64,000 nt of DNA, from positions 4,642 through 68,641 of the forward strand of contig JAQBPE010000490.1 of assembly GCA_028287685.1 (NCBI GenBank), read 5' to 3'. The stretch's first letter is position 1, and the number at the start of each line of letters is the position of its first letter. This DNA comes from Cyanobacteria bacterium RYN_339. GTDB taxonomy: Bacteria; Cyanobacteriota; Sericytochromatia; S15B-MN24; JAQBPE01. Below the pieces are notes generated by a model, which was not told where the DNA came from, searched no databases, and saw only the letters and a program-made list of their open reading frames with translations. Positions 19,349 through 28,086 of this stretch are shown here, piece after piece. The translations under genes were made by a program, and so were the position numbers.

Positions 19349-19947
19349 CAGGGCGTTTCCAGGCGCTTGCGCACGCGCTCCAACGCCTCGCGGGCCTTGG
19401 CGTCGGCCTGGACCTGCTCGATGCGGGCGGTCTCGTCGACCACCTGGCTCTTGGCACGGTCATATTCCGCCTTGGGCACCACCACCAGGAGCATGACGTT
19501 GTAGCTGGAAGCCACGCCGTCGTCGGTCACGGTCTCCACGCGTTCCCAGTAACGCTCCATCGGCATCATCCCGCGGATCTTGATGCGGTCGGTGCTGGCG
19601 CTCAGCGCGGATTCGATGGCCTGGCCCAGCGGGCTGCCGGCGGCGAGGCTGTTGGAGCCACTGGTGGCTGTCGAGAACTCGCGCTGGAAGGTCTCTTGGA
19701 TCGAGCTTGCCACCACCTTCTTGGCCTGGTACTCGGCCTGTTCCTCGCCGAGGGCGAGATCGCGAACGGCGGCCACGGTGCCCACGAAGTAGAGCTTGCC
19801 GTCCTTCTCCATGAAGCGCTTGTCGGCCCAGTCGGGCTTGCGGGACGAGGTCTCCACGACCTTGCTGGAACCCTTGGCGGGTTGCTGGGCGAAGCAGCCA
19901 CCCGTTAACAAGGCCGCGGCGAGGACAAGGGCTAAGGAGTTGCGCAT
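19348..19947 (-). CDS. LPP20-like lipoprotein
   Basis: Lipobox ALLTGGC; LPP20/FlgO-like pattern YFVGTVAAVRDLALGEEQAEYQAKKVVASSIQETF. The call rests on pattern recall only. Confidence 0.65.
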   Translation of the reverse strand: MRNSLALVLAAALLTGGCFAQQPAKGSSKVVETSSRKPDWADKRFMEKDGKLYFVGTVAAVRDLALGEEQAEYQAKKVVASSIQETFQREFSTATSGSNSLAAGSPLGQAIESALSASTDRIKIRGMMPMERYWERVETVTDDGVASSYNVMLLVVVPKAEYDRAKSQVVDETARIEQVQADAKAREALERVRKRLETP

Positions 19948-19961
19948 GGGGATTCCTCCGT

Positions 19962-20786
19962 TTAGGGGGTGGGAACGCGTTTGGATGCCAGGACCCGGTA
20001 TTCCGTGGTAGCTTCGGCCCGCTCGCCTGCGGGGATGGCGACGAGCCAGCGGTAAAGACCTGCCAGTCCCAGGCTGCCGGCTTTGGCTTCGGGGGGGACA
20101 ACGGGGTGGCGTAGCGCGACCACCTTGATGGCTTCGACGTCCACGCCATGGCCGGGCAGCGGGCGTGGCGTGAGCTTGAAGGGAGCGCCTGCGCCCGGTA
20201 GCACCAGGGGCGCGTTGATTTCCAGGCGTTCGAGCGGGCGGTAGGCGTTCGGGTAGATCTGATAGACCTTGCCGTCGGCCGCGAGGTTGAAGATGAGTGG
20301 GTAACAGGCCTCCGTCGCCTTGACCTGGAGCGTGAGCGCGTCGCCTTCGTAGAAAGCGTCCCGATCGAGGCTCAGGCCTACGTGGAAGGCGGGGTCGCCG
20401 ACCTCGTCCCGGGCGACCTCGGCCCGCAGGCGGACGGTTAACCGGGTGATGGGCGGCTCCTTGGGCCCCACCGGTACGGCAACGGTCTCCCAGCGCAGGA
20501 TTTCCTCGCGCACGATCCGTCCCGAGGCAACCGACCGGGTTTCGCGGAACAGGTCCAGCAGGCCGGTTTGGGAACGCACACTGTAGGCGCTGTCCTCGAT
20601 CGTAACCCCCGCCCAGCCCTCGACGGCACGCCGCCTGGCGGTTGCCAGCGCGGCGGCCTGGGCCCGGTCCATCGAGATATCACCGGCCAGCGTGGCGGTG
20701 CCCTCGGTCTCGAGCCAGCGTTCTTCGGCCGCCTCGGCCGGCGAGGCAGACGCAAGGAGCAGCAGCACCGCGATCGCCCTCCTCAT
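19962..20786 (-). CDS. Exported protein: LPP20-like N-terminal half plus DUF4384-like C-terminal half
   Basis: Signal MRRAIAVLLLLASASPAEA. N-half GDISMDRAQAAALATARRRAVEGWAGVTI. C-half YEGDALTLQVKATEACYPLIFNLAADGKVYQIYPN...L.INAPLVLPG matches the DUF4384 pattern that accompanies bacterial caspases. 4-nt ATGA overlap with the caspase gene. Confidence 0.7.
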   Translation of the reverse strand: MRRAIAVLLLLASASPAEAAEERWLETEGTATLAGDISMDRAQAAALATARRRAVEGWAGVTIEDSAYSVRSQTGLLDLFRETRSVASGRIVREEILRWETVAVPVGPKEPPITRLTVRLRAEVARDEVGDPAFHVGLSLDRDAFYEGDALTLQVKATEACYPLIFNLAADGKVYQIYPNAYRPLERLEINAPLVLPGAGAPFKLTPRPLPGHGVDVEAIKVVALRHPVVPPEAKAGSLGLAGLYRWLVAIPAGERAEATTEYRVLASKRVPTP

Positions 20787-23365
20787 GGCAGCGTTACCAG
20801 CACGCGCTCGTCGTTCCCACTCACCATCGGCGTTTGTTCCTGGTTGGCGCGGCGCGCTTCCCTGGCCACGTTGCCGGTCACGTAGGCCTTGAGCTCACCC
20901 ACCGTAACCTGGTGATCGTGGTTCGCGTCGGCCTCGCCTTGCAACCCCTTGAGCATGAAGTACGTGAACAGCCCGTGGTGCTTCGCCGCATAGCCCGTGC
21001 TCGTCTGGGAGCCGGCGGCCGCCGCGAAGACCGTGAGGCCAGCCGGCACCGCCTCCGCGTTCGTCTCGATGAACAGGGGCCGGAGGTTCGCCACGAGCGG
21101 CCGGGCCTGGTCGGTCCGGTTCGACTGGCCGCTGAAACACGAGTCCAGCATGACGGTGACGGAGCGCGCATGCAGCCGCGCCAGCGCGTCATAGGCCGTC
21201 GCCAACGAGTAGCATGACGTGGAGGGATAGGACGGGTTGCCGTCGAAAGGCACAAGGAACGCGCTCTTGGTCGCCGCATCCGGTGCGCCATGGCCGGCGA
21301 AGTAAACGTACAGGTCGGACTTGTCCTTCTCCACCCACCGCGCCAGCTGGCCCTCCAGGGCCGTGCGGATGTTGCCGCCGGTGGCCTGCTCATCCGTCAG
21401 CACGATGGCGTTCTCACGCGGGACGCCCAGCGCCCGCTCGCAGAAGCCGCGGAAGGCTGCGGCGTCCCGCCGGGCATAGGTCGCTTCGGGCAACTGGCCG
21501 TTGTAGCGTTCGATGCCGATCACCACCGCGAAAGCGTTGGGGTTTGGCGCCGCCGCGGGCCCCTTGATCGCCAGGTCGTCTTCCTCCGGAGCTGGTGCCA
21601 CGCTTGGTGCGGTCGCTTCCACCACGCGGTCGACGCTGGTGGGCGCCGCGCGGTCAAGCGTGACCTGGATCGGGGCGGTCACGCCGAACTCTGGATGCGC
21701 CTCGCTAACGACGATCTTGATCGGCAGCTGTTGCGGGCCGTCGTAGCGGTTCACCACCAGGATCGAGAAGCGCGCCTCCTTGCTGGCGCCGGGTGAGAGG
21801 TCTCCCAGCTCGATCGTCTCGTCCCCCGTGGGCTTGATGCGGGCGTCACCCAGCTGCAGCTTCGCCACCACCTGGTGCGCCAGGCCGGCGCCACCATTCA
21901 CGACTTGCACCCGCAGGTCGAGCTGCTCGCCTCGCTCCACCACGCCGTTCCCGTTGGCGTCCTCGATGCTCGGCCCGCGGATCGCCAGGGCCGGCTGGGC
22001 GAACCGGTGGGTCGCAAAGGTGGTCTTCATCAGCGGCGCATCGAACCCGAAGGCGTCCTCCAGGGCGATCTGAACGGTTGCCTTGCCTTCGACGAGATCC
22101 GTGCGGCCTTTCACCGGGACGATGGCTTTGCGGGTCTCGCCAGGCGCCAGGTCACCGATCGCCACCACCAACGGCACGCTTAGCCCGGCGGAGACGCCGC
22201 CCGCCTCGCAGGCCGCCCGCAACTGGGTCGCCTTGCCTTGGCCAACGTTTTGGATGGTCAGCTCGATCGAGGCCGCCTCGTCTGCCTCCAGCACCCCGTT
22301 GCCCGAGGCGTCCTTGAAGGCCGCAACGGCCTTCAGGAGCGGGGGCGCCTTCGGGCGCTCGGCCAGCAAGCCACCAGCGGGTGGCCCATGCCACCCGTAC
22401 CGATCGTCCACCATGCCGTCGTCCCGCGCCAACACGAAGGCGTTGGTCCCCGCCAGGAAGTGGGGCAGGTCGGCAGAGCCCGCGCCGGGCTGGCCGCTGT
22501 TCCAGGCCACCAGGTTGGCCGTGGCGTCTTGCTCCAGGCCCTGGAGGGGGGGTGTGGCGATGACGCCGCTTCCGTTCTGCGCGATCAAGTTGCCGATCAC
22601 GTTGGCGGCGCCCGTGGTGCTCGACGAGATGCCGGCTTCCGCGTTGCCGAGGATCGTGTTGTGCCGCAAGGTCGGCGCGGCCTGGTGGACCAGCAGGACC
22701 CCGAACTTGCCGTTCTCGCGGCAAAGGTTGTCTTCCGCGGTGCCTCTGCCCCGCCCGAAGTAGGCGATCCCTGCAAAGTGGTTTTTCTGGAGGACGTTCT
22801 GCCGCAAGGTCGGGGCGGCGTCATCCACGATGGCGATGCCATGCAAAATGCACCCCACGACCTCGCTACCCGTTACGCTGCCGTGGGCGTGGCCGGCAAA
22901 GCGGATCCCGATTTGCCCGCCGCCCTGGACCTTGACCCCGGCGATCGCCACGTCGCTGGACCCGCCCACCTGGACCGCCGTGCCGTTGGTCCAGAACTTG
23001 CAGCCACGCACGGTGGCCTTGGCGTCCACGAGCTCGATGGCGTCGCCCGGCGCAATGATGCTCAGATCCTCGATCACGACGTTCTCGATGCCCACACCGC
23101 GGATCACCGTCCCGTTCGACCAGTTTAGGCTGCCGCCGTCCCGCCCGCGCAAGGTGATGCCGGACTTCAGGGCCACCTGCTCCACGTGCGGGCCATGCAC
23201 CTCGATCACGTCGCCAGGGGTGGCCCTGGTGATCGCGCCCTGGACCGATTCCATCATCCCGACCGTGATGGGCAGGCGGCTTGTGCCGGCGCGCGCCGCG
23301 TTGCCGGGAAGCACCAACAGCGACGCAAGGACCAGGGGCAGCGTCAATTGAGGACGAGAGCGCAC
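20783..23365 (-). CDS. Exported multidomain orthocaspase: parallel beta-helix repeats, two CARDB/Ig-like modules, C-terminal peptidase C14 (caspase) domain
   Basis: GTG 23365 is preceded by GGAGG at -6 (the track starts at TTG 23392). Signal VRSRPQLTLPLVLASLLVLPGNAARA. PbH1-like repeats (G..I.....V.I.D..I) over about 22490-23275. Caspase block AFAVVIGIERY ... LYVYFAGHG ... VMLDSCFSG has the His/Cys dyad. DANHDHQVTVGELKAYV tail. Confidence 0.9.
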   Translation of the reverse strand: MRSRPQLTLPLVLASLLVLPGNAARAGTSRLPITVGMMESVQGAITRATPGDVIEVHGPHVEQVALKSGITLRGRDGGSLNWSNGTVIRGVGIENVVIEDLSIIAPGDAIELVDAKATVRGCKFWTNGTAVQVGGSSDVAIAGVKVQGGGQIGIRFAGHAHGSVTGSEVVGCILHGIAIVDDAAPTLRQNVLQKNHFAGIAYFGRGRGTAEDNLCRENGKFGVLLVHQAAPTLRHNTILGNAEAGISSSTTGAANVIGNLIAQNGSGVIATPPLQGLEQDATANLVAWNSGQPGAGSADLPHFLAGTNAFVLARDDGMVDDRYGWHGPPAGGLLAERPKAPPLLKAVAAFKDASGNGVLEADEAASIELTIQNVGQGKATQLRAACEAGGVSAGLSVPLVVAIGDLAPGETRKAIVPVKGRTDLVEGKATVQIALEDAFGFDAPLMKTTFATHRFAQPALAIRGPSIEDANGNGVVERGEQLDLRVQVVNGGAGLAHQVVAKLQLGDARIKPTGDETIELGDLSPGASKEARFSILVVNRYDGPQQLPIKIVVSEAHPEFGVTAPIQVTLDRAAPTSVDRVVEATAPSVAPAPEEDDLAIKGPAAAPNPNAFAVVIGIERYNGQLPEATYARRDAAAFRGFCERALGVPRENAIVLTDEQATGGNIRTALEGQLARWVEKDKSDLYVYFAGHGAPDAATKSAFLVPFDGNPSYPSTSCYSLATAYDALARLHARSVTVMLDSCFSGQSNRTDQARPLVANLRPLFIETNAEAVPAGLTVFAAAAGSQTSTGYAAKHHGLFTYFMLKGLQGEADANHDHQVTVGELKAYVTGNVAREARRANQEQTPMVSGNDERVLVTLP

Positions 23366-23411
23366 TGCCAACCTCCACGAGCAAACAGACAATCCTTCGG
23401 GATATACCCGA

Positions 23412-25316
23412 CTATATCTGTACTTTCATCGGTACCATCTTGCCGCTCGGGCTGGGAACACCCCCGTATTTGGCAAGAAACCCCGCAACGCGGGCCCTTG
23501 ACTGCACCAACTGGGCGGGGTCCAGCTTGGGGCGGAGGTCGGTTGCGGCCTTCAGGCACATCTGGTCGCTGTCCGCGCCCATCGCGAAGTAGGCATAGGC
23601 ATCCGCGGGCGTTTCCGCCAGCTGACCGAGGAAGTACATGGCGTGCGAAACGCCATGGGTGGCGGCGATCTCGTAGCATTCCCGCGCGCGGGCCGGATCC
23701 TTGGGCACGTCCTTGCCGTTCAAGGCCAACGACGCGGCCGTGAGCGCTCCGGTACCGTCCCCACCTTTGGCGGCCATATAGGACCACCGGAAGGCCGTCG
23801 GGCGGTTGAGCTCCACGCCCATGTTGCCATGACAAAACGCGTAGCCCAGGATCCCTTGGGCACGCGCGTTCCCGCCTTCGGCAAGCGCGGTCAACTCGGG
23901 CAAGGCATCTGCGATCGGCCGGGCTTGGTAAGCCAACGCGAGCGTATCGGCGGCCTCTTTGTTGCCGCTTCGGTATGCCAGCAGGCTCCACTTCCCGGCC
24001 TGGGCCATGTCCGATGGGTAGCCGGGCATGTAGTTGTAGGCCCGCGCCAGGCGGAGCATCGCCTTGGAGTTGCCAGCCTGTGCCGCTAGCAATGCGTAGC
24101 CGAACCAGGCCGGACGTTCGACCTTTCCGTCCGGGCCGTAGGCCGGGGTCTCCTTAACGCCCTCTGGCGGGTGCATTTCCAGCGTTTCTGCAACTTCGGA
24201 CGCCGCCACAGCCAGTTGTTCCGCCGGCATCCGCTGCTGCAATGCCAAGCGCAGGGGACCAGCCGACCGATCGCCGCGGGCCTGGGCGTATGCCAACATC
24301 TGGAAGCCCTTGACCGCGTCCGTGGCGCCCCCCAAGAGCTCGCCGGCCAGCGCCTGGGCCTCGACCAGGCCCGCGTCTGCGGCCTCCTTCGCAAGCCGCA
24401 AGGCCTCCTTGGGGCTGTGCTCCACGGCCTCGCCCTTCGCGTACAGCCGTGCCAGCCCCAGCTTGGCAAGCGGGAGATCCATCGACTCGTAGTAGAAGGA
24501 AGCGGCGCGAACCGCGTCACGCGGGATCCCCTCGCCTCGGTCGTAGATCAGGCCGGCCTGTAAGGCGGCCTCCCGATTGCCACGGAGAGGCTCCAGCAGC
24601 GCCAGGGCCTTCACGACATCGCGCTTCCCGCCAATCCCGCGCGCATACAGCATGCCGAGCCGCGAAGCTGCTTCGGTTCCCCAGCGGGGGTCTTGAAGCG
24701 CCTGCTCGTACAGCTTCGCGGCCTTTGCCGGGTCAGGCGCCGTGCCGCGGCCGTCTTCGAACATGGCGGCCAGGCAGCCCATGGCCAGCGCGTTCCCCCG
24801 CTCCGCAGCTTCTTGATACCAGGCCAGCGCCAGGGCCGGGTCGGCAGTCATCCCCTGGCCATGCTCGGCCATGTAGCCGGCCAACGCGCTGCCAGCTGGG
24901 TATTTGAGGCTGGCGGCAGCCTTGAAGGCGGCCAGCGCAGCCTGATCGTCGTGGGGATAGCCTTGCCATCCGCAAGCATAGTAGCTGCCGAGCGTAATGA
25001 AGCCCCGGCCATCCCCCGCCTGACCTGCCTTGCGCAACCAGGCTAGGCCATCGGCCTGGACCGCGGGGGGCGTGGCCGTGGAGAGCGCGGAGCTGCAATG
25101 GTAGCAACCAAGCCTGTACATTGCGCTGGCATCCCCAGCCAGTGCCTTGGCTTGGACGGCGTCGTAACCGGCGTTGAAATCGAGGTTCGCGAGGTCGGAA
25201 ATGACCAGACCGAACGGGCGATCGCCGAATGGCGCCGCGACAGCGGGCGAGGCCAGTGCCAGCAACGGCATGGCGACCAGGATGATGTGCAGGAGTTCGG
25301 AACGGAACTTGGGCAT
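23412..25316 (-). CDS. Sel1-like repeat protein, exported (first gene of the caspase operon)
   Basis: Signal LLHIILVAMPLLALASPAVA; at least 10 SLR units (e.g. GDASAMYRLGCYH, GNALAMGCLAAMFEDGRGTAPDPAKAAKLYEQA). Confidence 0.85.
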   Translation of the reverse strand: MPKFRSELLHIILVAMPLLALASPAVAAPFGDRPFGLVISDLANLDFNAGYDAVQAKALAGDASAMYRLGCYHCSSALSTATPPAVQADGLAWLRKAGQAGDGRGFITLGSYYACGWQGYPHDDQAALAAFKAAASLKYPAGSALAGYMAEHGQGMTADPALALAWYQEAAERGNALAMGCLAAMFEDGRGTAPDPAKAAKLYEQALQDPRWGTEAASRLGMLYARGIGGKRDVVKALALLEPLRGNREAALQAGLIYDRGEGIPRDAVRAASFYYESMDLPLAKLGLARLYAKGEAVEHSPKEALRLAKEAADAGLVEAQALAGELLGGATDAVKGFQMLAYAQARGDRSAGPLRLALQQRMPAEQLAVAASEVAETLEMHPPEGVKETPAYGPDGKVERPAWFGYALLAAQAGNSKAMLRLARAYNYMPGYPSDMAQAGKWSLLAYRSGNKEAADTLALAYQARPIADALPELTALAEGGNARAQGILGYAFCHGNMGVELNRPTAFRWSYMAAKGGDGTGALTAASLALNGKDVPKDPARARECYEIAATHGVSHAMYFLGQLAETPADAYAYFAMGADSDQMCLKAATDLRPKLDPAQLVQSRARVAGFLAKYGGVPSPSGKMVPMKVQI

Positions 25317-25434
25317 AGGCTGCTTGGAAGCATACCCTCAACCGGAAAGATCGTCCCCATGTCTTATGGTTGTAGTCTGGTGGTCTACTGGTTCACCAGA
25401 TGTCGAGGCACGCGGCGTTTGCTATGATCCACCC

Positions 25435-25881
25435 ATGACCATCACCATCAAACGCCTTGCTCCCGGCGACGAGCCCATCCTCCAAACCCTGGCCGCCGAA
25501 GACGCCGACTTCGACCTCGACGGCCGCAGCGAACCCCTGAAGCCGCTAACGGCAGAGCAAGCGCACCGCTACCTCTCGGACCCCGCAGTGCTCAACTGGG
25601 CCGCCATGGACGGCGACACCCTGCTGGGCTTCCTCTACTGCCTGGTCGTCCCCCTGCGTTCCGACGACGCCCAGGAGCTGCTGCTCTACGAAATCGGCGT
25701 GCGCAGCCAATGGCGCCGCAAGGGCGTCGGCCGCGCCCTGCTCGACCACATGGAGCGCTGGATGAAGGAGAACGCCATCAAGACCGTCTGGGTCCTGGCG
25801 GACAACCCCACGGCGGTGGACTTCTACCGGGGGTGCGGGTTTGGTGTGGAGGATGAGCAGCCGGTCTACCTGACCCGCTAG
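25435..25881 (+). CDS. GNAT-family N-acetyltransferase
   Basis: Motif A YEIGVRSQWRRKGVGRALLDHM ... FYRGCGF. ATG 25435 chosen inside the longer track ORF (25174). Confidence 0.9.
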   Translation: MTITIKRLAPGDEPILQTLAAEDADFDLDGRSEPLKPLTAEQAHRYLSDPAVLNWAAMDGDTLLGFLYCLVVPLRSDDAQELLLYEIGVRSQWRRKGVGRALLDHMERWMKENAIKTVWVLADNPTAVDFYRGCGFGVEDEQPVYLTR

Positions 25882-25882
25882 C

Positions 25883-27439
25883 TTACTCCAGCGGCCCCAC
25901 GGCCTCTTCGACCGCGGCCACCAGGCTGCCATCCTCGATCGTCTCGCGCAGGCGGCGGATGTCGTCCGACAGCACGCGGTCGTCGTCCAGGTACGGCACC
26001 ACCGTGCGCACGAAGCGGTGCGCGGCGGCCACGCCCTTGCCCGGCGCCATCTTCGGGCGCAGGTCGATGCCCTGGGCGGCGCACATCAGCTCGATGGCGA
26101 GCACGTTCATGGCGTTCTCCAGCACCACGCCCAGCTTGCGGCCGGCGGTGGTGCCCATCGAGACGTGGTCCTCCTGGCCGGCGGAGGTGGGGATGGAGTC
26201 GACGCTGGCGGGGTGGGCGTGGACCTTGTTCTCCGACACCAGCGCGGCGGCGGTGTACTGGGCCACCATCAGGCCCGAGTTCAGCCCGGGCTTGGTGGTC
26301 AGGAAGGTGGGCAGGCCGTTGGAGAGCGCCGGGTTGACCATGCGCTCCACGCGGCGCTCGGAGATGTTCGCGAGCTCGGAAATGGCGATCGCCAGGAAAT
26401 CCAGCGGCAGCGCCAGCGGCTGGCCATGGAAGTGCCCGGCGGAGATGGCGTCCTCGCGGTCCGCGAAGATGAGGGGATTGTCCGTCACGGAGTTGATCTC
26501 GATCTGGAAGACCCCGCGCGCGAACGTCAGCGCGTCGCGCGTGGCGCCGTGGACCTGGGGCGCGCAGCGCAGGCTGTAGCCGTCCTGCACCTGGCCGCAG
26601 TCCTTGTGAGACTGCATCATCTCCGACCCGGCCACCAGGCGCGTCAGGTTGCGCGCGGAGGCCATCTGGCCGACGTGGGGGCGTAACAAATGCACGGCCG
26701 ACTGGAAGGGGGCCTGGGAGCCCAGCAGGGCCTCCACGGTGGCGGCGCAGGCGATGTCTGCCACCTTGGCCAGGTTGCGGGCCTGTTCAAGGGCCAGGCA
26801 GCCCAGCGCGCCCATGGCCTGTGTGCCGTTGACCAGCGCCAGGCCTTCCTTGGCAGCCAGCTCGATCGGCTTCAATTCGGCGGCTTCGAGCGCGTCGGCG
26901 CCGGAAAGCACCATGCCGCGGTACTCCGCCTTGCCCATGCCGATCAGCACCAGCGCGAGGTGCGACAGGGGCGCCAGGTCGCCGCTGGCGCCGACGCTGC
27001 CCTGGCAAGGGATCACGGGGTGGACGCCGCGGTTGAGCATCTCCGTGAGCAGTTCCACCACCTCCGGCCGGATGCCGGAGAAGCCCTTCACCAGGGCGTT
27101 GATGCGCAAGAGCATCATGGCGCGCACAATAGGCGTCGAGAAGGGCACGCCCACACCCGCCGCGTGGCTCATGACCAGGTTGCGTTGGAGCGCGGCCACC
27201 TCGTGGTGCTCGATCTTGCGGTCCTTCATGAAGCCGAAGCCGGTGGTGATGCCATAGACGACGCGGTCTTCGGCCAGCATCTTGTCCACCACGGCGCGCG
27301 AGCGCTTCATGGCGGCGACGCAGGACGACGGCACGTGCACCGGCACGCGGCGGCGGGCCACCAGGTGGACGTCGAAGATGCTGAGGTCGCGGCCGTTGAC
27401 GGGGATGCGGGCGACGTTACTGCCGATGGTTTCGGGCAT
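25883..27439 (-). CDS. hutH: Histidine ammonia-lyase
   Basis: MIO-forming Ala-Ser-Gly in GSVGASGDLAPLSH; the full-length aromatic ammonia-lyase pattern is present. Confidence 0.95.
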   Translation of the reverse strand: MPETIGSNVARIPVNGRDLSIFDVHLVARRRVPVHVPSSCVAAMKRSRAVVDKMLAEDRVVYGITTGFGFMKDRKIEHHEVAALQRNLVMSHAAGVGVPFSTPIVRAMMLLRINALVKGFSGIRPEVVELLTEMLNRGVHPVIPCQGSVGASGDLAPLSHLALVLIGMGKAEYRGMVLSGADALEAAELKPIELAAKEGLALVNGTQAMGALGCLALEQARNLAKVADIACAATVEALLGSQAPFQSAVHLLRPHVGQMASARNLTRLVAGSEMMQSHKDCGQVQDGYSLRCAPQVHGATRDALTFARGVFQIEINSVTDNPLIFADREDAISAGHFHGQPLALPLDFLAIAISELANISERRVERMVNPALSNGLPTFLTTKPGLNSGLMVAQYTAAALVSENKVHAHPASVDSIPTSAGQEDHVSMGTTAGRKLGVVLENAMNVLAIELMCAAQGIDLRPKMAPGKGVAAAHRFVRTVVPYLDDDRVLSDDIRRLRETIEDGSLVAAVEEAVGPLE

Positions 27440-27443
27440 GGGC

Positions 27444-28085
27444 TTACCGCGCGATGTCCAGGCCGTGGGCCCGGACCTGAGGCCAGAGGTCGCTGCGCAT
27501 CGCGTCGAGGGCTTCCCAAAGGGCGTCGCACTGCTCGCGCTGTTCCTCCACCCAGGCCTCGTCCTTGATGCTGCCCAGGTTGATGGCGGCGTTCAACAGC
27601 GCGCCCTCCGCGCCGGCGCAGGCCAGCAGCACGGCCACGGCGGCGTCGGTGCAGGCGTTCTTGTTGCCGATGCCCAGCAGCCGGTGGGCCAGCCGCGCGG
27701 TGTCGAGGCAAGCCTGGGCCACGCCCATCGGCGCGAGCGTGGCGCCCTTCAGCCCGGCCTGCATGGCCAGCTTGCGGGCTTCCTTCTCCTCGTCCGTGGC
27801 CTTGGGCAAGGCCATCGCCGTCATCACGGCCTCGAAGCTGGCGGCGTCTTCGGCCACGGCGCGCGCGAGCTTGCCTTGCAGGCCCTCGGCCTGCTGGCCC
27901 AGCTTGGCGGCCTCTTGGGAGGCCTCCTCGTAGCCCTTCTTGCCCACCGTCAGGCCCGCGACCATGCGCGCGAGCGCGGCGGCCAGGGAGCCGGCGAAGG
28001 CGCTGGCGCTGCCGCCGCCGGGGGTGGGGTCGTTGGCGGCGAAGCGCTCGAGCAGCTGGTGGGCGGGCAGGTCGGTGAAGCTCAT
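27444..28085 (-). CDS. Formiminotetrahydrofolate cyclodeaminase / methenyl-THF cyclohydrolase family protein (FTCD C-domain homolog)
   Basis: Hallmark N-terminus FAANDPTPGGGSASAFAGSLAAALARMV; all-helical, 213 aa. Confidence 0.85.
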   Translation of the reverse strand: MSFTDLPAHQLLERFAANDPTPGGGSASAFAGSLAAALARMVAGLTVGKKGYEEASQEAAKLGQQAEGLQGKLARAVAEDAASFEAVMTAMALPKATDEEKEARKLAMQAGLKGATLAPMGVAQACLDTARLAHRLLGIGNKNACTDAAVAVLLACAGAEGALLNAAINLGSIKDEAWVEEQREQCDALWEALDAMRSDLWPQVRAHGLDIAR

Positions 28086-28086
28086 C

